Position numbers and translations under genes: made by a program. A stretch of 37,814 nt of DNA, taken from contig NMRA01000100.1 in the NCBI GenBank assembly GCA_002633005.1, positions 579,106 to 616,919 of the forward strand. Reading direction: 5' to 3'. The DNA comes from Phoronis australis (lineage: Eukaryota > Animalia > Phoronida). Positions 1 to 9,279 of this stretch are shown here, in pieces (within the stretch, counting starts at the first letter, position 1; each line of letters begins with the position of its first letter). The notes below the pieces were generated by a model that was given only the letters and a program-made list of their open reading frames with translations, did not search any database and was not told the DNA's origin.

Positions 1-105
1 AACCCCCCCCTCCCGACCTCCCCCCTCTCGGCGCCACGTGCCTCGGATTCGACCTTTGCGGGAATCCTAAACCCCCCCCTTACTGAAAACGTAGATCCGC
101 CCCTG
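1..105. mobile_element. Right end of a GC-rich CAGGG(G)CGGATC-type MITE (left part outside the window)
   Basis: Ends in ...GTAGATCCGCCCCTG with poly-C tracts; resembles the termini inside the MITE at 25041-25465. Confidence 0.55.
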
Positions 106-269
106 GTAACTATATAACTATAACTTTTCTTCAGTCAAAAAAAATGAAATCACAGCTCTTGCCCACTGAGCAACCTCATCCACTGCTTGCACTCTCTCGT
201 TGCCTACAAAGCTAGCCATCTTAGTTGTCTTCACAGGTGTGCCATTACAACTACAAGCTAACTATTGAA

Positions 270-640
270 ATTGGCGCATTTCTGCGAATAGCAGTTCTCC
301 GGTTAGTTCAGTAGTTCGGCATGCACTGGGCCATAAGCGATGTTTTAAAAGTTATTGACATCCAATTTAGTCACTTTGTATTGTTTATAGATGTTTCAAT
401 GTAGCTTAGTTTTACATTAAAAGAATAATTCACGTGGTATTGTTAACTCTGATCAGCATTTGTAAATCACCGAGTTCAATACGCAGAGACGTTTATCTTC
501 AATGGCACCCAATGTTTGTAGTTTTTAGCTTAATAGTTCATCGCTTTTCATAAATCGAAAACCAAACTGGATTGTTTTTTCCATTTGAATACAGCTGTGG
601 TATTTGTTTTTAACGAAAACTGTTGGTTAATGCATTATCA
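270..640. repeat. Unclassified interspersed repeat; inverted copy at about 19395-19737
   Basis: 313-430 and 510-630 align by eye to the reverse complement of 19590-19730 and 19430-19525 (e.g. TTAAAAGTTATTGACATCCAATT vs TTAAAAGCTATTGACATCTAATT). Boundaries are approximate. Confidence 0.7.
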
Positions 641-1557
641 TGGGAGGTTTTAAAGGAAAGATACAAATCAATTGGATATGGTACAATGCTCTAGTCAAGA
701 CAATCAAAATTTCAAACATTATTGTGATTAATAATGGAGCCAGCAGCATGCAGAACTTTGGACCAGATCAGATTGGTAGGCAGTGGACAAAAGTTGTATT
801 ACTTTCCAGGGAGATATCAGTTCCTGATGTGGAGCAGCAAATTTAACAGATTTTTGTTTATGCCTCTAAACTATTGCTTCAACCTCATTTGAAAGTTTTT
901 TAGAATTATGGCATTCATAAAGTGGTAACGAGATATATTTTTGACTATTTTCATTTTCTTTAAAATGACGAATGCTCATTTTGTGTACTGGTAGAAACTT
1001 TTAATCACTTGTGCTTGGAATGTGAGCAAGTACTTCCTTTTTTTCAGTGAATTACAAATAATTAGAAACTATAGCTGAAAAGCATGCGCTGCTATTTGTA
1101 TTCTTTGGAGATCATGAATGAGTGAATGTGTTCTTGTTTATTTTCTTTTCTTTTCTATTGTATTTCTGTTTCTTTAAATAAACTTTCATAAAACTATACA
1201 TTTAGCATTTGTGTTTGTCTCAAATTCAGACATATTTGTCCATTTAGAAGCTTATAATAACAATCTTTTTATCCATGTAATTTTTACAGCTTTGTTATTT
1301 TTTAGTATATTTTAACTCCATCTATTATTTTTGATTAAAACTTTTCTTTTAAACAGTACACACCATGGATTTTTGTACATTTTGAATTACCGGTGGCCAC
1401 AGACTAAATGTATGACTTAAAATTTAGCTAAAACCCATGTTTATTTTGTGTAATTTGCTTGAAATTTTGATTTTTTTTTCAATTTTGCCAATTTTCACAT
1501 TTCCCGCCATGTGACGTCATGGGTTGAACACAAGAGATCAGTGACTAGCACTGAACA

Positions 1558-1826
1558 ATGGCGGAGAACAGGGAATTTGAAAGCGACGACGATTATGAGC
1601 AAGAATTGAACGAATACTATGAAGAAACATACTGGAATGGTGGCCAGGATGAGGAAATGGGGTTGCACGAAAGCGAGAACAAGTTTAATGTGCTTCCGGC
1701 TGCATACTTTTCTACTTTGAGCCTTACGAACTGGATCCTCCCACGAGAGAAGCGGCCTCGGGCTCGGCAAGTCAACCCAGTCATCCAACGGACGATCCTG
1801 AATTAAGAGCTGATGTTTCTGAATGA
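1558..1826 (+). pseudogene. N-terminal fragment of a Kolobok accessory protein (KolX / P2X7-ballast-like), frameshifted and truncated
   Basis: ATG at 1558 and an acidic N-terminus. After a frameshift it reads YFEPYELDPP...ELRADVSE(*). This matches, as I recall it, the PYxFEP...R..DVSEW-C pattern that precedes the Cys cluster in this family. It is truncated where W-C should start. Confidence 0.55.
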
Positions 1827-2085
1827 TAAATATTGTCCTTTATTGAACCAGGCCTTCGTCGTAACGTCTCCTGTAACTGGAGTCGAAACACGAGTCCTCA
1901 AAGTGGGCAGAACACAGAGTGGCCCCGGACCGAATCGCTTGGTCCACGATGACGTCCCACACTCTCGTTCGGCGCACGAAGCGATGCCACTTTTTTGCAA
2001 CTTTGGTGTCCTTCGGAACACCGAGATGTTCTCCGCCTGGCTGCTGTTGCTGCAGCCTCCGGAAACACATCTTTTGATCCCTCTA
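1826..2085 (-). pseudogene. THAP zinc-finger N-terminus of a Kolobok transposase, frameshifted
   Basis: Joining two frames gives KRCVSGGCSN...ISVF / PKDTKVAKKWHRFVRRTR...LCSAHFEDSCF, i.e. the C2CH THAP signature with conserved P, W and F. Confidence 0.85.
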
Positions 2086-3529
2086 CGAACCTTCTCGACG
2101 CTAAATGTACTTTGCTTTCTCTTCACTCTATACACTTTGTCTCTGATCTGAACAGTATGGCGAACGACTTGGGTTCAACGCATGACGTTGTACATAATTA
2201 TTATTTTTTCAATTTTTGCGTGGTTCTTTATGAGCTGTGCACTAAAGGCACTGAAATCTAGTAAGATATAATAATAAAATTTATTTTGAGGTACTAGAGT
2301 CATGTTGTGTACACTTTAATTCTTTCAACCTTGTTATCTCAGATAAACTTAAACTATTGTTCAAATCATCTAGTTTTAAGTTAAAAGGGTTGGAGAGAGA
2401 TGTCAATGAAGGAATCATCTTTGGAGAAATTGTTATTTTCAAAGCTGTAATTCTTCCAAAAATGGTTTAATTTCCTTATATTGAATTTACTTTTAATTTC
2501 CTTCTAGACCAGATAGTCATCAAATGTCGTATCTCATCAGTCTTTAGTTTAAAATTTTCTTCTATAATTTCTTCTAGATTATTTGTGAGGTTTTAGACCA
2601 TGTAAAATAATTTTATAACAAAATCTAACAAGCACTTATTTTGAGAAATGATTGAGGAATTTTGACTTTCAAAGAAAAATTAATGATTTTTGGTTTCTCG
2701 CCACATGATGTCATCAGTGGAAGAGGTTGATAAGTTGACAGTATATATGCAATTCTGAGTTATAGTAGAAATTTTGTAAGTTATAAAGACTTAGAGCAGC
2801 GAGCTTGATGAGCATTGTGAAGACAGGTATGGAGATTTGGGTGATGACAACACTCAGGCCATAGGCGAAACAGATAATGAGTTAGACCTCGCCATATCGC
2901 CAGACGTTTTGTGTTTTAGGCCTTACAACTTCGATTTTCTGATTTGATCATTATTTTATTGACCAATTCTTAAATTCACTTTTGTTGGTTTTATCATATA
3001 CTGTATGCGGTGTTATGGGCATTGGGCATCGGGTTGTGGTCTTGGGTTGTGGTCATTGGTGGTCTTTGTTTCACGGTGAACCTCATTCAATTTTTGTCAA
3101 GTGTCTCTCTTCAGAGCACTTTCATTATTTTCCATCTATTTCTAAGGCAAGGTTCTGCTAAGGCTAATTTTCATCATTATTCAAGTGTAAGCAAGTTGCA
3201 TATATTTTGAGAGCTGAATTTTCATTGAGATGGCCTTTTTCTAAGCTGTAGGGACTTATGTGGGATAATTGCTCATAAAGATTAGGGGTGAGCGGTAAGC
3301 TGAACATGGGCGCTTGGAAGTGAGAAGAGGGAAAGTCAAGCATTACAATTTACTCATATAAGGTTATGTAGGACTTAAGGAAAATGTTCAATTTTCGGCA
3401 ACTTTGAAACGTGGCATCTCAGAAATGGCTGATTGGATTCTCATGGAATTTTCAGATACTATGCTTTATACATCGTTCTGGAAAAGGCTTTTATATATTG
3501 CTATTAAAATGAGACTATGTACAACCACG

Positions 3530-4290
3530 ACAGAGTGACCCGCGGGACCCTTCGATCATCAACTTCCCCGGCTGTGTGTATTCCCTATGTCAGAGTTGTC
3601 TCTGAAAGGATTCAGGCCATCTACCGTACACACAACATGAAGTCATTTCACAAACTGTTTAGTACTATTTGGTCCATCCTCCCATCAGTAAAAGATGTGT
3701 CACCCCCCTCTTGAGAGGTGTGGTGTGATCTACAAATACAGGTTTGGTGAGTGTAGTGACAACTATATCGATGAGACTGGTTGCCAGTTAATCGACCAGT
3801 ATTAAGGTTCATCGTAATCCCAACCTTAAACCTATTACTGCTGTCCAAGAGCATGCCAGAGATAAACATCACCAGATCTCTGATGAGGACTCCAGTATCT
3901 TACGGTAAGTCTACACTTGGGCGGCGCACCATAGGGGGCTGGGGGGGGGGCTATAGCCCCACTTTTTTCAGTACTCTGGCGCCCATGGTCTATGGGCGGT
4001 GTACCACAGGGGGGCTCCCAGGGTGGCTATAGCCCCCACTTTTTTCAGTGCTGCGTCGCCCATGCTACAACCCAGGTGGAGGCAAGGGTATGAGAAGCAT
4101 GCAGCTAGATGAGATCCACGGAACTTAAGTGTTGTCAGAGATCAGGACTTGATCTACTTGCAGTGCATTCAGACCTGTTACAAGATTCCCCCCTTGACAT
4201 TAGGGAATACCTCGGTACTGTTTTTATTGTTTTATTCTGCAACGACTGAAGGCACACCTTGTGGTGAATCAAGTCCATGAGATATGAACA
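3530..4290 (+). mobile_element. Penelope-like retroelement 3' fragment (linker plus GIY-YIG endonuclease), decayed
   Basis: Reads PAVCIPYVRVVSERIQAIYRTHNM. After a frameshift it reads GVIYKYRFGECSDNYIDETG (3722-3781, GIY-YIG motif), then TAVQEHA and later VRDQG. A degenerate hammerhead-like CTGAAGG..GAAT..GTC lies near 4246-4275. Confidence 0.8.
3916..4064. mobile_element. Tandem dimer of a ~73-bp MITE with a 5-bp TSD (CTACA)
   Basis: Units 3916-3987 and 3991-4064 each run (C/T)(T/A)TGGGCG...CGCCCATG with an internal GGCTATAGCCCC palindrome. CTACA lies at 3911-3915 and 4065-4069. Confidence 0.75.
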
Positions 4291-7025
4291 AAATGGCTAT
4301 ACTCTTTCCACATCAAGGTACAGTTCTTTGGTTCCAAAAGGGATCTTAACTCAATGTTTTTAATATTTGCCTCCTCTGCATGAGAGGCTATAAAAATAAG
4401 ACATTAATTGAAAATTGAAGTTGCGTCAAACGAAACGATAATTTAGAAAACTGCAATATAGTTTTGAGATTTTATCTGAAAAATTTATTCCATATGAAAT
4501 TTTGATCATGATATTGATTGTGAAAAATCAAGGTCATGTCACGTAATTAGTGGCAGATTGGCATCAAAAGTCCAAAACCAACTTCAACAGAGTTTCTAGT
4601 ATCAGAAAATGTATGCTAAATTAAATTCTATAGTTTTGTAGATATTTGACTTAATGTACAGACTAGGTACAATGACTTATAACAGATCGTAGACAATTTT
4701 AATTACTAGGAAAAGTTCAGTAAACGCTAGGACCTACTCGGCTCTAGGTTCTAACTCGGCCAAAATCGAGTTTTCTCATTTAAAATACACGGCAATATCT
4801 CACAACTTCATGCATAGTCTTGGTTTTTAGGGAGGTCCTGGCATTACTGAATTGTACATTAGTATTACTTCATTTATGTTAAAGTGCATCAGCCAATCTG
4901 TCAGCTGCACTGAATTCATTTGCAATTTCATATTTTCTAACCCGTATCATTACCATATTCTATATAATGTTTAACAGACATTAGAACCTGTGATTACTAG
5001 TTGTACACTTATAAGAAGACACAGGGACACTGGAGCCTTAATGTTCGATCTCAATTATATGGAAGCACTGTAAATTTCCCATTGATTCTAATGAACTCTT
5101 GTCTTGAGCTATTTTTCCATAGCCACGCAAGATGGATACTTTTTGACAGTTTAATTTTGATGGTTGAACAAAATATTGTAATATTGATTGAGGTGTACAG
5201 ACTATTAGAAAATATCTGCACATATGCAGTATAAGATATGTATTTGTACTGGACTGCAGTGCAAGTGTGTAGTGTTGTAGCCATTCATGACACCCTGTAC
5301 TAGGAGCTTGTTACTGGTTAGAGTGTCATATTTGACCAAGTGCTCAGTAAGTCTTTTCCAGTCTCTACTTCTGCAGCAATGGGTTAACCACCATGACCAG
5401 TGAGTTGAAGTCGGCTGATACAATCCATCATAACAGTAGGTTGTTTGACTATTGTGCAGTGGAAAGATTTATGATACAGTTGGCTGTGTTCATATGTTCA
5501 TCACTGTAATTGGATGTACTAGTGGAGATAATCCACTGATAACTGTTACTCAAGGTCATGATCAATGTTAACTTTGGGACTTAACATAAAATTTCGTACC
5601 TGATTGAAGTTGGTGGACTGTTTTAGTCATTGCTTCTTCATTCATCTACAGAAATGTAGTGGGTAGTTTAAAGCAAGTTATCAGCTGTTTCGTCAATACC
5701 AATAGGATTTTAACTGAAAACTATTGTTTAATGTAACAGTTGCACTATATACTGGTATTTTCAGGTTATATTTCAATAGCACTGAATTTTTTGTAGAGAA
5801 TAAATTCAATTAAGTAAATTTGTAGTTTACACTTATAGATAAGAGCGAGGTGAATTTTACACAGAATATTGCACCCAAACAGAATAGACATCATTTAACT
5901 ACTAGCACATTAAAGTTGATACATTAAGTGCCGTTTCGGAGGTTTCAAAATGGCTAACTTCAAAATAAATGAAATAAGAATGATGCGGTTTATTAATGGG
6001 AAATGACCGGTGTATGTACTCCATTCTGACCTGAGCAGAACACTAGAAAACAGGAGTGCTATTTACTCGCCTTATTCTGCGACTTGATTTTTTGGGACAA
6101 TCCCAAAATTTAATCAAAACATTCAGCTTACGTCATTGTGAGGAAGTGGATGTCCAAAGGTTACATAGTCATAATGTGAAGAACATGATGTCCAAAGGTA
6201 ATAGCCATAGTCCATAAACAGTGCTCAATTTACCTTTAAACCATTGATTTACAATCATTCTGGTTCATTATAAAATCTGCAATACTACAGGATCAAGCTG
6301 AGATTCAGATGTGCTGTCCTTGAATGAAGTCAGACGTTAGATTGATGATGGTGTTTGTGACAAAAACATGTACTAAAATTGGTAAGTAATAGATTACAGA
6401 CTAACGTAAAGCAATTAAAATTGCAAACCCTTTCTGCCTACCTTTTTTGCATGAACAAATTTCCAATATTGTAATAACTCAATTGTTATATAGCGGCCAC
6501 ATTAACGTGGCTACACACCAGCCATCTGTCAAAAAATCATGACTTTTAATTTTGGACATTGACCATTATGGTCTTTACTTTTTCCTTTAAGCCTGATATG
6601 AGATGATTTCTAGGGTTGAGAAGGTCGGTCAGTTAGTTGCCTGGGACCACGCAACAAATTGGCTTGTCTTGCATCAGCGTGTATGTTCTGGAGCACCACC
6701 TGGTGGAAATCAGTGATCATCTACGCAAGGAGCAAGTTGGGATAGCAGAAAGTGGTTTAAGTCAAACTTAATTTTTTTGATGGCTGAATGGGGATTTGGG
6801 AGCCTAATTTTAAATGAGGAGATAGATATTTGAAGATTTGGGATTTTTTCTGCTTTGTTACCTTTTGTGCCCATTTCATCATCAGTTAAGGTTTTCTCAA
6901 ACCTCATTTAGTGGTCTCCATTCTAACTTGTAGTTAAAAAACGAGGCTTTGTCAACAAGTAAATGCATACATTTTCTGAAAGAAAAAAGATCAAGGATCA
7001 TAAAAATATTTTATATTTATGTGCT

Positions 7026-7077
7026 ATTATTATTATTATTATTATTGTTATTGTTATTATTATTATTATTATTATTA
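7026..7077. repeat. (TTA)n microsatellite
   Basis: Read directly; it explains the poly-Leu ORF 6949-7221. Confidence 0.95.
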
Positions 7078-7303
7078 CATAAAAACCTTTTTAAAGTCAA
7101 AATTTCACTTCTAAGAAAGGTACATTTATACCAAAATAACCCCTCAGTCGATTTTAATGAAACCTTTTTAAATGAAAACTTCACCAGTGACATCAAAAGC
7201 GCTGTTAGGAATTTTAGCTAGTCTCTTAGTTTGGTTTCTAGGGCAAATCAACTTGCAAAATGTAAGGTACTTTCGTAAAATATAGCAGTGGTATTTGTCT
7301 TTG

Positions 7304-7756
7304 ACTTTCTAAAAACTGCGTTGAGGTTGTGGCGTGTTACAACTATTATTAAAATCAGTGGTCTATTTACACCGACCTCTTGTCTATTTATACTGTCATG
7401 ACGTTTCGGTCGGTCTACTCTCCGGCCATCATCAGGTGTTGCTGCGTTCTTAGAACAAGCACAGATATGTGGTACACTCGTCATGGTGATTATATATCGT
7501 GCGAGGAAGGATTTGAACCCATGACTTCTGAAGCTACAGATATACTTGAGTCCAGCATCTTAACCACTACGCCATGGACTCATGGGTTCAAATCTTTCCT
7601 TGGACAATATATAATCAAAAAATCACACCATAATGAGTGTACCACATATCCGTGCTCATTCTTGTAAGAACACAGGAACACCTGACGATAGCGGGAGAAC
7701 AGACCGACTGAAGTGTCATGACTGTGTAAATAGACCAAGAGTTTTTGATAATATTT
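7304..7756. mobile_element. Head-to-head tRNA-headed retroposon with a hammerhead-like motif (retrozyme / Penelope-dependent SINE-like)
   Basis: 13-bp TSD GTATTTGTCTTTG at 7291-7303 and 7757-7769; the related element at 16029-17440 lacks the insert. Minus-strand A box TGGCGTAGTGG (7564-7574) and B box GGTTCAAATCC (7509-7519). Long inverted arms, each carrying CTGA(T/C)GA...GAA(A/G)..GTC. Confidence 0.75.
7390..7447 (-). ncRNA. Minimal type I hammerhead ribozyme-like motif (intact core, decayed stem I)
   Basis: CAC-CTGATGA-T-GGCCGG[AGAGTAGA]CCGACC-GAAACGTC. The mirror copy on + (7670-7727) keeps stem I (ACACAG/CTGTGT) but has GAAG in place of GAAA. Confidence 0.6.
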
Positions 7757-8311
7757 GTATTTGTCTTTGTTACATGATGCAAAAACTAGGCCTTCATATC
7801 AAAAATCTTAACAGTTTGTTTGAGATTGGTGAAAAAATATTAAGTTTGGAAAGTTTCAGTGAAATCCACTGAGCCCTTTTTGAGAACTCGCGTTCCTAAG
7901 TTGCAGTTACGTTGATTTGCTGAAGCCAAGAAAAAGCCGATTAAGTCATCAGTGAACGGTGAAAGTCTCAAGGTCTTCAGTTAATTATTCGGTGAAAGCT
8001 TGTTTTCAGGCAATATAACCTATACATGCCTTAGCCGTTTTCGCTATTTCAACATTGTCTTGCAATGTCAACTGAACTTGCAGTGCGTAATTAACTTAAT
8101 TATCACTAAAGCGTTTAAACTTTGTACTTGGGGTTTCATATACCTTGTGCTATTACTAAGTCAGAAGGCGGAGCCAGCTGTGAGTAGGTCAACTGTTCAT
8201 TGTATACACACCACGCGCCAGTGAGAATAATATCAAGAAACCAAGTACGAAATGGACAATAGAAATCAAGTCGGTGGTTAAAGTGCATCGTGAGCACGAG
8301 AGTGAAACAAN

Positions 8312-9279
8312 CTATTATTAAAATCAGTGGTCTATTTACACCGACCTCTTGTCTATTTATACTGTCATGACGTTTCGGTCGGTCTACTCTCCGGCCATCA
8401 TCAGGTGTTGCTGCGTTCTTAGAACAAGCACGGATATGTGGTACACTCATCATGGTGATTATATATCGTGCGAGGAAGGATTTGAACCCATGACTTCTGA
8501 AGCTATAGATATACTTGAGTCCAGCATCTTAACCACTACGCCATGGACTCATGGGTTCAAATCTTTCCTTGGACAATATATAATCAAAAAATCACACCAT
8601 AATGAGTGTACCACATATCCGTGCTCATTCTTTTAAGAACACAGGAACACCTGACGATAGCGGGAGAACAGACCGACTGAAGTGTCATGACTGTGTAAAT
8701 AGACCAAGAGTTTTTAATAATAGTTGTATTTGTCTTTGTTACATGATGCAAAAACTAGGCCTTCATATCAAAAATCTTAACAGTTTGTTTGAGATTGGTG
8801 AAAAAATATTAAGTTTGGAAAGTTTCAGTGAAATCCACTGAGCCCTTTTTGAGTACTCGCGTTCCTAAGTTGCAGTTACGTTGATTTGCTGAAGCCAAGA
8901 AAAAGCCGATTAAGTCATCAGTGAACGGTGAAAGTCTCAAGGTCTTCAGTTAATTATTCGGTGAAAGCTTGTTTTCAGGCAATATAACCTATACATGCCT
9001 TAGCCGTTTTCGCTATTTCAACATTGTCTTGCAATGTCAACTGAACTTGCAGTGCGTAATTAACTTAATTATCACTAAAGCCTTTAAACTTTGTACTTGG
9101 GGTTTCATATACCTTGTGCTATTACTAAGTCAGAAGGCGGAGCCAGCTGTGAGTAGGTCAACTGTTCATTGTATACACACCACGCGCCAGTGAGAATAAT
9201 ATCAAGAAACCAAGTACGAAATGGACAATAGAAATCAAGTCGGTGGTTAAAGTGCATCGTGAGCACGAGAGTGAAACAA
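8312..9279 (+). repeat. Near-identical second copy of 7343-8310; probable uncollapsed haplotype (assembly artefact)
   Basis: About 968 bp, joined by a single N at 8311, with only about 8 substitutions seen by eye. Confidence 0.85.

Larger units (their letters stand above)
1353..2315. mobile_element. Internally deleted Kolobok DNA transposon
   Basis: TTAA flanks at 1349-1352 and 2316-2319. Imperfect TIRs ACAGTACACACCATG / revcomp AGTGTACACAACATG. Contains THAP and KolX-like remnants. TTAA TSD, RR termini and THAP are Kolobok hallmarks. Confidence 0.8.
3375..4680. mobile_element. Old DNA-transposon-like repeat related to 17829-19004, interrupted by a Penelope fragment and a MITE
   Basis: 3390-3470 resembles 18508-18590 (GAAATGGCTGATT...TTTCAGATACTATGCTT) and 4440-4511 resembles 18720-18790. 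Boundaries are approximate. Confidence 0.55.

Noticed and set aside
6949-7221. Poly-Leu ORF resembling a membrane protein
   Set aside because: Produced by a (TTA)n microsatellite inside a transposon.
7503-7577. Functional tRNA-Leu(CAA) gene
   Set aside because: No acceptor stem, mismatched T stem, no long variable arm, and it is embedded in a TSD-flanked repeat.
7343-9279. 968-bp tandem duplication as a biological event
   Set aside because: Joined by a single N with about 1% differences and arbitrary breakpoints inside repeats; typical of two haplotypes scaffolded in tandem.
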